Program-made: the position numbers and the translations under genes
Shown here: positions 1 to 9,889 of the stretch, piece by piece
How the letters are laid out: every line of letters starts with the position of its first letter
Position numbering within the stretch: the first letter of the stretch is position 1
Notes under the pieces: model-generated
What the model was told of the DNA's origin: nothing
What the model saw: only the letters and a program-made list of their open reading frames with translations
Database searches by the model: none
Assembly: GCA_964291215.2 (NCBI GenBank)
Contig: OZ219790.1
Coordinates: 640,001-704,000 of the forward strand
DNA: 64,000 nucleotides
Source: Alphaproteobacteria bacterium
GTDB lineage: Bacteria; Pseudomonadota; Alphaproteobacteria; MPNO01; UBA830
Direction of reading: 5' to 3'

Positions 1-1808
1 ACCACGGTGTCGGCCACCTGAAGGTTGAGGCCGACACCGCCCGACTCCGAGGACAGGAACAGCCGGCATGACGGGTCCTTGCGGAACCTGTTGATCTCCG
101 CCCGCCGCCGATGCTGGGGAACACTGCCCGTATGCCATGCGAACTCGAGGCCGTTCGCAGCCGCGAACTCGCGCACCAGATCAAGCATGCGCACCCATTC
201 CGAGAAGATGATGATCTTGCGGTCGGGATCCTCGAGCAATTCGGGAACCAGCTTCTCGAGTTCATCCATCTTGGGACAGTCGTCGTGAGCGTTATCGAGA
301 ATGTAAGGCGTATCGCAAACCATCCGCATGCAGGCCAGGTATCTCTGGAGCCTTTCGAACTCCTCGGGCGTCAACGGCCGCCTCTCCGCCACCGCTGCCA
401 GCCGCTTGGCGAGAAAATCGTAATCGTCATATATGCTGCGTTGAAGATCCGTCATCGGCACGAAAAAGGTCTTGGTGGTGCGGTCCGGAAGCTGGGTCTC
501 GACCTCGTCCTTGCGCCGCCGGAGCATGACCGACGAAATGCGGTCCGCCAGCTTGTCGAGATTTCTGAAGCCGGCCGGGCGACCCTTGTCGTCGAGTTCG
601 TAATACTCGCGATTGAAGCGGAACAGCGGTCCGAGAATCTCCGGATCGAGGAACTGGACGATCGAATAGATCTCGTCGATGCGATTCTCGAGCGGCGTAC
701 CGGTCAGCACGAACGCGTAGCGGCTCGTCAGCTTCTTGACGGCGTTCGCCGTCTTGGTCTGCCAGTTCTTTATCCGCTGTGCCTCGTCGAGAATGATGAC
801 GTCGGGAGCCACCGCGTCGAGCATGTCGCGGCCGTCGGCGAGAACCTGTTCATAATTGCATAGCGTGAAGAACGAACCCTCGGCATAGGCGGCCAGCCGC
901 GCCAGCCGGTTGCCGAACACGGCGGTGACCGATTCGTCGCAGAACTGCCGGATCTGCTCTTCCCATTCCGCCTTGAGCGACGCCGGCGACACGACCAGCA
1001 CGCGCCCGGCGCGGCGAAGGTCGCGCAGGATGATGCAGGCGGCGATCGCCTGCACGGTCTTGCCGAGCCCCATGTCGTCGGCAAGCAGCGCGCGCTCGCC
1101 GAAAGCAAGGTGCGCCGCGCCCTCGATCTGGTAGGGCAGCAGGGGCAGCTTGAGAAAGTCCGCCGAACGGCGGCCGGATCCGATGTCCTGCATGAAACGG
1201 TCATGGTCGCGCCGACGGCGCTTCTCCGCCTTCAGCGATTCGATCCACGCATCGAAGCGTCGCGACACCCTGAGCGCCTCGGGCCGCGCGCCTGCAAGAT
1301 CGCGCAGCCGCGCGAGGGCCTTGCCGGAACCGCGGCGCAGTCCGCGGACCACCCCGTCCACCTCGATCTCGAGCCCGGGATCGTCGCGCGCTATGTCAGC
1401 CGGGACCGTCAGCCGCAGATTGCGTCCTTCGCGCTCGTCGAGAAAAACCTCGATCCTGTCGCTGACCGTTCCTTCCGGGCCGCGGAGCCAATGGAGGACA
1501 CCCTCGATATGCTTGCAGGTTCCGAGCCTGTTGGTTCGATAGTCGTGACATTCGCACGAATTGACGCGTTCCCGAAGGCTGCGGATTTCGACGACATAGG
1601 TACTTCCGCTGGACGATTTCGCCGCATAGTCGGCAAAACACGACTCGCCGCCATCGAGCTTCTCGACACCGTCGATTTCGGTCTTTCCACGCCACTCCCG
1701 GCGTCCTATCTCCTCGTCGTCCGTCGACAGCCATCCCGTGAATATCGGCGGCCTGTCGACGCCCGACCGTTTCCGCCCGTTCTGCTTATGACCTGCTTCC
1801 CGTGCCAT
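1..1808 (-). CDS. SNF2-family helicase with N-terminal SWIM zinc finger (3' end outside window)
   Basis: Translated by hand (not in ORF track): SWIM CECHDYRTNRLGTCKH, motif I LLADDMGLGKT, motif II ILDEAQRIKN, LTGTPLEN, SGGVGLNLQ. ATG at 1808. Confidence 0.9.
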   Translation of the reverse strand, partial: MAREAGHKQNGRKRSGVDRPPIFTGWLSTDDEEIGRREWRGKTEIDGVEKLDGGESCFADYAAKSSSGSTYVVEIRSLRERVNSCECHDYRTNRLGTCKHIEGVLHWLRGPEGTVSDRIEVFLDEREGRNLRLTVPADIARDDPGLEIEVDGVVRGLRRGSGKALARLRDLAGARPEALRVSRRFDAWIESLKAEKRRRRDHDRFMQDIGSGRRSADFLKLPLLPYQIEGAAHLAFGERALLADDMGLGKTVQAIAACIILRDLRRAGRVLVVSPASLKAEWEEQIRQFCDESVTAVFGNRLARLAAYAEGSFFTLCNYEQVLADGRDMLDAVAPDVIILDEAQRIKNWQTKTANAVKKLTSRYAFVLTGTPLENRIDEIYSIVQFLDPEILGPLFRFNREYYELDDKGRPAGFRNLDKLADRISSVMLRRRKDEVETQLPDRTTKTFFVPMTDLQRSIYDDYDFLAKRLAAVAERRPLTPEEFERLQRYLACMRMVCDTPYILDNAHDDCPKMDELEKLVPELLEDPDRKIIIFSEWVRMLDLVREFAAANGLEFAWHTGSVPQHRRRAEINRFRKDPSCRLFLSSESGGVGLNLQVADTV

Positions 1809-2009
1809 TCCCCACCCCTCTGCGCGTCGGCAGCGCGAGACGCAGCAGCATCCCAGCCGCCCCGACAGCCATGATTTTTGTGCGATATCCGAGGTCGCAT
1901 TGCAACATCGGATGATTCGGGCGGTTGTCGGAAACGGCCGCCTGCTGCCACAGGCTTCCCGGCGCGATCGCCGGGCGTGCAGAACACCGCCAGTCCGTCG
2001 GCGGCCCGT

Positions 2010-3977
2010 TCACGCGGCGTCGAAGGCAACGAGTTCGACCCCTTCCCTGACCCGGTCGCCAGCCGCGAAATGGATCTCGACCACACAGCCGTCGGAAGGC
2101 GCCCGAATCGCGTGCTCGACCTTCATCGCCTCAATGACCATGAGGACGGCGCCGGAGGCGACCGTATCGCCGGGCGCGACGTTCACTACCGACACCACGC
2201 CCGGCATCGGCGCCGAGAGCATCCCGCCGCCAGCTGCGTCGGTGCGGTCGACCACCAGGGGGTCGTCGATGCCAAGCACATGACGCCGGCCGCGCGCAAA
2301 GACCGTAAGCGCCCTCCCGTCGCGGATGACCACCGCCTCGAGATGCCCGGAAGCCAGCGTAGCGGCAAACACGGTCGCTGATTTCCATCGCCCGCCGACG
2401 CCGGTCGGAGTGCCATCGTCCCGCAGCAGTTCCGCCCCCGGCCGCAAGACAAACCCGTATGCACGCCCGGCCGACACGAGTCCCACCCTGCGCAGCGCGA
2501 TACCGCCGAGCCGCCACCCGCCACGGTCGGACCAGGGGGAACTCCAGTTGTCGGCGGCGGCCGGAGGCGACAGGACCGCCAGAGCCGCGATCGCCACGAT
2601 TTCGGCGGGAATTTCGGGCTCGGGCGGCACGAGCTGGTCAATATGGTTTTCGATGAAGCCCGTGTCGTAGCGGCCGCCGCGAAACTCCGGATGATCGACC
2701 ACCGCCCGGAGAAAGCGCTCGTTCGTCGCCGGGCCGGCAACGCGCACTGCGCCGAGCGCCGCCGACAAGCGGTCGCAGGCGGCCGCGCGGTCGCAGCCGC
2801 AGGCGATGATCTTGGCAATCATCGAATCGTAGTGAACGGTGATCTCGTCGCCCTCTTCCACCCCCGTGTCGATGCGCAGACCGTCACCGGCTTTAGGCAG
2901 CGCAAGATGCCGCAGGCGCCCGAAACCCGGGCGGAAACCATCCTCCGGATCTTCCGCGCAGAGCCGCGCCTCGATGGCATGGCCGGTGCACACGATTTCG
3001 TCCTGGCGCAGCGGCAGCGGTTCGCCGGCAGCAATCCTGAGTTGCCACTCGACAAGATCTATTCCGGTGACCATCTCGGTGACCGGGTGCTCAACCTGGA
3101 GGCGCGTGTTCATCTCGATGAACCAGTGCCGGCCATCCGGGGCCACGAGGAACTCGACCGTGCCGGCACCGCTGTAATCGACCGCGCGCGCCGCCGCGAC
3201 CGCCCCGGCGGCGAGCCCCTCGCGGAGCGCCGGCGACAGGTCCGGCGCCGGCGCCTCCTCGACGAGCTTCTGGTGACGCCGCTGTATCGAGCACTCGCGC
3301 TCATGGAGGTGTATGATGTCGCCTCGGGAATCGCCGAAGACCTGGACCTCGACATGACGGGCGCCGTCGACATATTGTTCGACCAGCAGCCTGTCGTCGC
3401 CGAAGGACGACAACGCCTCGCGCCGCGCTGCAGCCAGTGCCGAGCGCAGATCAGATTGAGCGGCGACCACGCGCATACCGCGCCCGCCGCCTCCCGCGGC
3501 AGGCTTGATTATCACCGGGAACCCGATGGCACCTGCAGCGTCGGCGAGGCCGGCGTCATCCTGGGCGATGTCGTCACCGGCGCCGAGCACGGGAACACCC
3601 GCGGCCCGCGCCAGGCGCTTGGCTTGCGCCTTCGATCCCATTGCACGTATCGCGTCCGCCGACGGTCCTATGAAGACCACGCCGGCAGCGGCGCAAGCAG
3701 CGGCGAAATCCGGGTTTTCAGAGAGGAACCCGAAACCGGGATGGATAGCGCCGGCGCCGGCCCGCAGCGCCGTTTCGATGATCCCCGGTCCATCGAGATA
3801 GCTCAGCGCCGGTGGCGACGCCCCGATGCGCACCGCGCGGTCGGCCAGCGTGACATGCGGCGCGAACCGGTCGGCAGAGGAATGGACAGCGACCGTGCCG
3901 ACCCCCATGGCGCGGCAGGTGCGGATGATCCGGCAGGCGATCTCGCCGCGGTTGGCGATCAGGATCCTGTCGAACAT
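2010..3977 (-). CDS. liuD: 3-methylcrotonyl-CoA carboxylase alpha subunit (biotin carboxylase + BCCP)
   Basis: MFDRILIANRGEIA, GGGGRGMR, EMNTRLQVEHPVTE, biotin motif EAMKV. Adjacent to the beta subunit and ivd. Confidence 0.88.
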   Translation of the reverse strand: MFDRILIANRGEIACRIIRTCRAMGVGTVAVHSSADRFAPHVTLADRAVRIGASPPALSYLDGPGIIETALRAGAGAIHPGFGFLSENPDFAAACAAAGVVFIGPSADAIRAMGSKAQAKRLARAAGVPVLGAGDDIAQDDAGLADAAGAIGFPVIIKPAAGGGGRGMRVVAAQSDLRSALAAARREALSSFGDDRLLVEQYVDGARHVEVQVFGDSRGDIIHLHERECSIQRRHQKLVEEAPAPDLSPALREGLAAGAVAAARAVDYSGAGTVEFLVAPDGRHWFIEMNTRLQVEHPVTEMVTGIDLVEWQLRIAAGEPLPLRQDEIVCTGHAIEARLCAEDPEDGFRPGFGRLRHLALPKAGDGLRIDTGVEEGDEITVHYDSMIAKIIACGCDRAAACDRLSAALGAVRVAGPATNERFLRAVVDHPEFRGGRYDTGFIENHIDQLVPPEPEIPAEIVAIAALAVLSPPAAADNWSSPWSDRGGWRLGGIALRRVGLVSAGRAYGFVLRPGAELLRDDGTPTGVGGRWKSATVFAATLASGHLEAVVIRDGRALTVFARGRRHVLGIDDPLVVDRTDAAGGGMLSAPMPGVVSVVNVAPGDTVASGAVLMVIEAMKVEHAIRAPSDGCVVEIHFAAGDRVREGVELVAFDAA

Positions 3978-4022
3978 CGAACCCTCGCGCAGCCGCACGG
4001 CCGGAACGCCGACGGCGCCATG

Positions 4023-5624
4023 CTACATCCTGAAGACACCGAAGGTGGTCTCCTCGTCGGGCGTGTTCCGCGCTGCCGACAGGCAGAGCGCCAGCACCAT
4101 GCGCGTGTCCACCGGCTCGATGATTCCGTCGTCCCAGAGACGGGCGGTGGCATAGTAGGGATGCCCCTCGGCTTCGTACTTCTCCCGGATCGGCCGCCTG
4201 AAGGCCTCCTCCTCGTCCGCGGACCATGCGCCGCCCGCCTGTTCGATGCGGTCGCGCCGGACGGTGGCGAGAACACTTGCGGCCTGTTCGCCTCCCATCA
4301 CCGAAATCCGCGCATTGGGCCACATGAACAGGAAACGCGGGTCATAGGCGCGACCACACATGCCGTAATTGCCGGCTCCGAACGAGCCGCCGATGATTAC
4401 GGTGAACTTCGGAACACGCGCGCAGGCAACGGCAGTCACGAGTTTGGCGCCGTTCTTGGCGATACCGCCCGACTCGTAGGTTCGCCCGACCATGAAACCG
4501 GTGATGTTCTGGAGAAACACCAGCGGGATGTGGCGCTTGCAGCAGATCTCGATGAAATGCGCCCCCTTGAGCGCCGATTCTGAGAACAGGATGCCATTGT
4601 TGGCCAGGATTCCGACCGTCATGCCGTGGATGCGCGCGAACCCGCAGACCAGCGTCGTACCATAGAGGGCCTTGAATTCGTCGAACTCGGAACCGTCGAC
4701 GATCCGCGCAATGACCTCGCGGACCTCGAAGGGAGTGCGAAGATCGGCGGGCACGATGCCGTTGAGCTCTTCGGGATCATGGTCCGGCTCAGCGCCCGGC
4801 GACACGGCGGCGGCGCTTGCGGAACCGAGATCGGCGACGATGCGCCGGACGATGGCGAGGGCATGTCCGTCATCCTCGGCCATGTAGTCGGCGACACCCG
4901 AAACCCGGGCATGGACACCGGCGCCCCCGAGCTCCTCCGCGGTCACGATCTCGCCGGTGGCGGCGCGGACAAGCGGTGGTCCACCGAGAAAGATCGTGCC
5001 CTGATCGCGGACGATCACGCTCTGGTCCGACATCGCCGGGACATAGGCGCCGCCAGCGGTGCATGAACCCATCACCGCCGCGATCTGCGGTATGCCGGCG
5101 GCCGACATGGCCGCTTGGTTGAAGAAGATGCGACCGAAATGCTCGCGGTCTGGAAACACCTGGTCCTGGTTGGGCAGGTTGGCGCCGCCGGAATCGACAA
5201 GATAGACGCAGGGAAGCCGATTGCCGCGGGCGATCTCCTGAGCGCGCAGGTGCTTCTTGACCGTCAGCGGGTAGTAGGTGCCGCCCTTGACCGTCGCGTC
5301 ATTGGCGACGACCACGCACTCGCGACCCGAGATCCGTCCCACCCCGGTCACGATGCCTGCACCCGGCACGTCCTCGCCGTAGACGTCATGCGCGGCAAGC
5401 GGCGAAAGCTCGAGGAACGGAGATCCGGGGTCGAGAAGCGTGTCCACGCGGTCGCGGACCAGCATCTTGCCGCGCGCCTCATGACGCGCCCGTGCCGCCT
5501 CGCCGCCGCCGAGCCGGGCAGCCGCGACGGATGCCCGAAGGTCGTCCACGGCCGCACGCATCGCCGCCTCGTTGGCCCTGAATTCTGCGGCAGCCGGATC
5601 CACCGCGGTCGCGAGACGCGACAT
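4023..5624 (-). CDS. liuB: 3-methylcrotonyl-CoA carboxylase beta subunit (carboxyltransferase)
   Basis: [41 protein letters not shown]-terminal FGVFRM. GGAGG upstream of ATG 5624. Confidence 0.92.
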   Translation of the reverse strand: MSRLATAVDPAAAEFRANEAAMRAAVDDLRASVAAARLGGGEAARARHEARGKMLVRDRVDTLLDPGSPFLELSPLAAHDVYGEDVPGAGIVTGVGRISGRECVVVANDATVKGGTYYPLTVKKHLRAQEIARGNRLPCVYLVDSGGANLPNQDQVFPDREHFGRIFFNQAAMSAAGIPQIAAVMGSCTAGGAYVPAMSDQSVIVRDQGTIFLGGPPLVRAATGEIVTAEELGGAGVHARVSGVADYMAEDDGHALAIVRRIVADLGSASAAAVSPGAEPDHDPEELNGIVPADLRTPFEVREVIARIVDGSEFDEFKALYGTTLVCGFARIHGMTVGILANNGILFSESALKGAHFIEICCKRHIPLVFLQNITGFMVGRTYESGGIAKNGAKLVTAVACARVPKFTVIIGGSFGAGNYGMCGRAYDPRFLFMWPNARISVMGGEQAASVLATVRRDRIEQAGGAWSADEEEAFRRPIREKYEAEGHPYYATARLWDDGIIEPVDTRMVLALCLSAARNTPDEETTFGVFRM

Positions 5625-5700
5625 GATCACCTCCTCCCGCACCGCAGCCGGCCGCAGGGACACGGACCGCAGCGGCAGGCGGACCGCAAGGACCACCGGT

Positions 5701-6321
5701 TCAGTTCGCGAAGAGCCATGGCTCGTCCCTGCGGCGACCGGCCTCAAACAGCGCCAGATCGTGCTTGTGCTCCATGACGAGATCGTGATCGTCAAGACCG
5801 TGGAGCATGCGGTGGCGATCGAATCCGGAAATCCCGAACGGATACACAATGCCCGAGGGACCGGTCACGATCCGGCCCTCGAGATCGATCTCCACCTCGG
5901 CTCCGGGCGCAGCATGCAGCTCCTCGCGGAGCGCGGCGCAGACATCGCGCGGCAGGCGTACCGGAAGAACGCCCCATTTCATGCAGTTGCCGTGATGTAT
6001 CTCGCCGAAGCTCGGCGCGATCACGGCACGAATCCCGTTGGCAAGGAGCGCATAGACCGCGCCCTCGCGCGACGACCCGCAGCCCCAGTTCAGATCTGCG
6101 ACGATGATTCGGCCATCGCGATAGGGGGCCCGGTTGCAGATGAAGTCCGGCCGCTCGGACCCGTCGGCATCATAGCGGAGATCGTGGAACAGGAAGCGCT
6201 CATAACCTTCATGGCCACGCGGGTAGCGCAGGAAGCGCGCCGGTATGATCTGGTCGGTATCGCAGTTGACGATGTCGACCGGAATGCCGATTGCGCGGAA
6301 GCGGACGAACGGCTCCATCAT
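5701..6321 (-). CDS. leuD: Isopropylmalate isomerase-like small subunit (LeuD paralog)
   Basis: [11 protein letters not shown] and [11 protein letters not shown] (canonical is NFGCGSSREHA). ATGA overlap with the large subunit. Confidence 0.8.
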   Translation of the reverse strand: MMEPFVRFRAIGIPVDIVNCDTDQIIPARFLRYPRGHEGYERFLFHDLRYDADGSERPDFICNRAPYRDGRIIVADLNWGCGSSREGAVYALLANGIRAVIAPSFGEIHHGNCMKWGVLPVRLPRDVCAALREELHAAPGAEVEIDLEGRIVTGPSGIVYPFGISGFDRHRMLHGLDDHDLVMEHKHDLALFEAGRRRDEPWLFAN

Positions 6322-7721
6322 CCGGTCCCCATCCGGCGCACATCGGCGAACCGCCCCGCGATCCCGGCGGCGGCGGCCATCGCGGGGCTCACCAGATGCG
6401 TACGGCTTCCAAGGCCCTGGCGGCCGCGGAAATTCCGGTTGCTGGTCGACGCGCACCGCTCTCCGGATGCCAGGCGGTCGCCATTCATGCCCACGCACAT
6501 CGAACAGCCCGGCTCTCGCCATTCCGCGCCGGCGGCGGCAAATATTCGGCCGAGCCCCTCCGTCTCGGCCTGCGCCCGGACGAGTCCCGAACCCGCCGAC
6601 ACCAGAATCGGCACCACGGCGCGGCGCCCGCGAAGCACGGCGGCGGCGGCGCGGAGATCCTCGATCCGCGAGTTCGTGCATGATCCGATAAACACGCGGT
6701 CGACACGAATGCCGGTTATCGGTGTCCCCGGGCGAAGATCCATGTATTCGAGGGCCTCGACCATTTCGCGGCGGGTATCGGCATCCGCCTCCCGGTCCGG
6801 ATCGGGAATGCGCCCCGTCACCGGTTCCGCCAGCGCCGGACTGTTGCCCCAGGTAACCATTGGCCCCACATCGCCGGCGTCGATCGCAAGCTCGCGGTCA
6901 AAGGCGGCGTCCCCATCCGAAGGCAGCCCCCTCCACAATGCGAGCGCCCGGTCCCAGTGTTGTCCCTGCGGGGCGAACGGCCGCCCCGAGATATATTCGA
7001 ACGTGGCGTCGTCGGGCGCGACGAGCCCGAACCGGGACCCGGCCTCAATGGTCATGTTGCACAGCGTGAGGCGCGCCTCGACCGAGAGAGCGCGCACGGC
7101 TTGGCCAGCATACTCGATAGCATGTCCGGCCCCACCGTCGGCGCCGATGCGGCGGATGATTGCGATCACCAGGTCCTTGGCGGTGACACCGTCAGCGAGC
7201 GTCCCGCCGAGCGTGATCCGCATCGTCTTCGGCCGCCGCTGCCAGATGCACTGGGTGGCCAGCACCAAGGCCACTTCCGAGGCGCCGATCCCGAACGAGA
7301 TGCAACCGAGCGCACCATGCGTGGAGGTATGGGAATCGCCGCAGACAAGCGTGATCCCGGGCAGGGTGATGCCCTGTTCCGGTCCGACGACATGGACTAT
7401 TCCCTGGCGCCGGTCGCCCCACGGAAAGAGCGTGACGCCGAAATCCGCGCAGTTTCCGCCGATCTCCCCGAGGATCTCCCGCGCGTGCGGTTCGGCCACC
7501 GCGTCGGGCCGGGTGCCGTCGGTCGGGACATAGTGGTCCGGGGTGGCGAAGGTCTGACCAGGGCACCGCACCGCGCGGCCCGCCGCGCGGAGTTGCCTGA
7601 ACCCGTTGAAGGATCCGTCGTGGCAGAGATGGCGGTCGACATAGAGAAGGGTCTGACCGCCCTCGCGCTCGGCCACGACATGCCGGTCCCAGATCTTGTC
7701 GAAAAGGGTGCGTGCCGCCAT
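6318..7721 (-). CDS. leuC: Isopropylmalate isomerase-like large subunit, [4Fe-4S] aconitase family (LeuC paralog)
   Basis: CGDSHTSTHGA, FIGSCTNSRIEDLR, GCSMCVGMN, STSNRNFRGRQG. Confidence 0.85.
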   Translation of the reverse strand: MAARTLFDKIWDRHVVAEREGGQTLLYVDRHLCHDGSFNGFRQLRAAGRAVRCPGQTFATPDHYVPTDGTRPDAVAEPHAREILGEIGGNCADFGVTLFPWGDRRQGIVHVVGPEQGITLPGITLVCGDSHTSTHGALGCISFGIGASEVALVLATQCIWQRRPKTMRITLGGTLADGVTAKDLVIAIIRRIGADGGAGHAIEYAGQAVRALSVEARLTLCNMTIEAGSRFGLVAPDDATFEYISGRPFAPQGQHWDRALALWRGLPSDGDAAFDRELAIDAGDVGPMVTWGNSPALAEPVTGRIPDPDREADADTRREMVEALEYMDLRPGTPITGIRVDRVFIGSCTNSRIEDLRAAAAVLRGRRAVVPILVSAGSGLVRAQAETEGLGRIFAAAGAEWREPGCSMCVGMNGDRLASGERCASTSNRNFRGRQGLGSRTHLVSPAMAAAAGIAGRFADVRRMGTG

Positions 7722-7729
7722 CAAAACCG

Positions 7730-8902
7730 CTATCCGGCTTCGGCAAACAGTTCGCGTCCGATCAGCATGCGACGAATCTCGGAGGTTCCGGCACCAATTT
7801 CGTAAAGCTTGGCGTCGCGCAGGAGGCGCCCGGCCGGATACTCGTTGATATAGCCGTTGCCGCCGAGGATCTGCACCGCATCGAGCGCAATCTCGGTGGC
7901 ACGCTCGGCCGAGTACAGGATCGCGCCGGCAGCGTCCTTTCGGCCCGGGCGATCGAGGTCGCAGGCCCTCGCCACGGCGTACACATAGGCCCGCGAGGCA
8001 CTCATCCTGGTGTACATGTCGGCGAGCTTGCCCTGGATGAGCTGGAACTCTCCGATCGGCTGGCCAAACTGCTCGCGCTCGCGGACATAGGGCAGCACGA
8101 GATCGAGGCAGGCCTGCATGACGCCGAGCGGCCCGCCCGAGAGTACGGCCCGTTCCGAATCGAGGCCGCTCATGAGCACCGCCACGCCGCAGTCGATCTC
8201 GCCAAGAATGTTCCCGGAGGGCACGTAGCAGTCGTCGAACACGAGCTCGCCGGTGTTCGAGCCGCGCATGCCGAGCTTGTCGAGTTTAGGGGAGGTCGAG
8301 AATCCTTCGAAGGCGCTTTCGACGATGAAGGCGGTGATGCCGCGCGATCCCGCCTCGGGTCGCGTCTTGGCATAGACGACGATCACGTCGGCGTCAGGTC
8401 CGTTGGTGATCCACATCTTGGTGCCGTTGAGCACGTACCCGTCGCCGCTCGGAACCGCTGCCAGTCTCATCGACACGACATCGGACCCCGCACCGGGCTC
8501 CGACATCGCCAGCGCTCCGACATGCGCCCCGGAGATCAGGCGTGGGAGGTAGCGGCGCTTCTGCTCCTCGGTGCCGTAACGGCGTATCTGGTTCACGCAG
8601 AGGTTAGAATGAGCGCCATAGGAAAGACCCACCGACGCCGAGGCCCGGCTGATTTCCTCCATCGCCACAACATGCTCGACATAGCCCATGCCGGCGCCGC
8701 CGTAATCCTCCTCGACCGTGACACCGAGAAGACCAAGCTCGCCCATCCGCGGCCAGAGCTCCATGGGAAACTCGTTGGAAGCGTCGATTTGGGCAGCAAG
8801 CGGGGCGATTTCGGCGTCGGCAAAGCCCCGCACCGACTCGCGGAGCATCTCGGCCGTCTCGCCGAGTTCGAAATCGAGCATGGGCTGGCGGTTCGGAATC
8901 AC
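7730..8902 (-). CDS. ivd: Isovaleryl-CoA dehydrogenase
   Basis: [60 protein letters not shown]. Confidence 0.92.
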   Translation of the reverse strand: MIPNRQPMLDFELGETAEMLRESVRGFADAEIAPLAAQIDASNEFPMELWPRMGELGLLGVTVEEDYGGAGMGYVEHVVAMEEISRASASVGLSYGAHSNLCVNQIRRYGTEEQKRRYLPRLISGAHVGALAMSEPGAGSDVVSMRLAAVPSGDGYVLNGTKMWITNGPDADVIVVYAKTRPEAGSRGITAFIVESAFEGFSTSPKLDKLGMRGSNTGELVFDDCYVPSGNILGEIDCGVAVLMSGLDSERAVLSGGPLGVMQACLDLVLPYVREREQFGQPIGEFQLIQGKLADMYTRMSASRAYVYAVARACDLDRPGRKDAAGAILYSAERATEIALDAVQILGGNGYINEYPAGRLLRDAKLYEIGAGTSEIRRMLIGRELFAEAG

Positions 8903-9001
8903 GACACGTCTCTCCCGTCCGCGGCCGTGGGGGCGATCCAGAGATCCTCAGTCACGGTCGCGCGAAGGCGACCGTCGGAGGCGGCGGGACAGCGCCGGGG
9001 C

Positions 9002-9550
9002 TCAGGCACTCTCGGCAAGCTTTTCCGCAAACTGCGTCCGCCAGTCCTCGATCGGCCGGAACGACGGGTCCGCCCGGGCGTGGGCCTCCGACCGGGCGAA
9101 GATCTCCTTGTTGTCGAGCGACAGATCGAGTTCGTGCCGGTGCGGCTGGTTTATGTACCACGGCGTGTCCATGAAGGCCTCCAGCCTGTTACCCTCCGGA
9201 TCGAAGAAATAGACCGACCAGGCGTTGCCGTGATCGGTGACGTAGACCTCCTGCACGTCCTCATCCTCGGTGACCGCCTCGTGGACGGCACGGAGGTCGT
9301 CGAGGCTTTCGCAACGGAACGATATCTGGTTGACCGTCGTCTGCCGGGTTTCCGGTTTGCGGCCCTCGGCGACGATCACCTGGTGATGATCGCGGGGGTC
9401 GCGGCTCATGAAGGCATACTTGCCGCCGTTGAGCAGACCCTCATCCGAGACGGCGAAGCCGAACATGCGCATGTAGAAGTCGCGCATGCGTTCGAAGTCC
9501 TGCACCCAGATCCCGACATGGGCAAGCGTCATTTCAGGGAGCTTGGCCAT
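9002..9550 (-). CDS. VOC/glyoxalase family protein
   Basis: LAHVGIWVQD, HHQV, DHGNAWSVYFFDPEGNRLE. Start could be 9571. Confidence 0.8.
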   Translation of the reverse strand: MAKLPEMTLAHVGIWVQDFERMRDFYMRMFGFAVSDEGLLNGGKYAFMSRDPRDHHQVIVAEGRKPETRQTTVNQISFRCESLDDLRAVHEAVTEDEDVQEVYVTDHGNAWSVYFFDPEGNRLEAFMDTPWYINQPHRHELDLSLDNKEIFARSEAHARADPSFRPIEDWRTQFAEKLAESA

Positions 9551-9889
9551 CCTGTCGTCCTTCCCGTTCAAGATCCGACCCCGGGTTCGGCCTCCCTGCC
9601 AATGCCGCCACGCATTTCTATACCGGCACTTTCGACAGTGTCTTCAGCCAGGGCGCGCGTACCCGCCTCAGGATTCCTATACTTGAAGGGTCGGCGGTTT
9701 ACAAGCCGACCGCCGCGTGATCGCCCTCTGAGGGTGATCGTCCGCGCTTCCGCACGGACAGCCGGGATTGCCGACAATCGCGATCCACCGGCACCACCCG
9801 ACAGGCCCTGCGGCCCGAATGGTCTGCCGACCGGACAGGTCCGGCAGGACAATTGTAACTCAAGTTGGCACTTTATGCGGCTTGGAATT

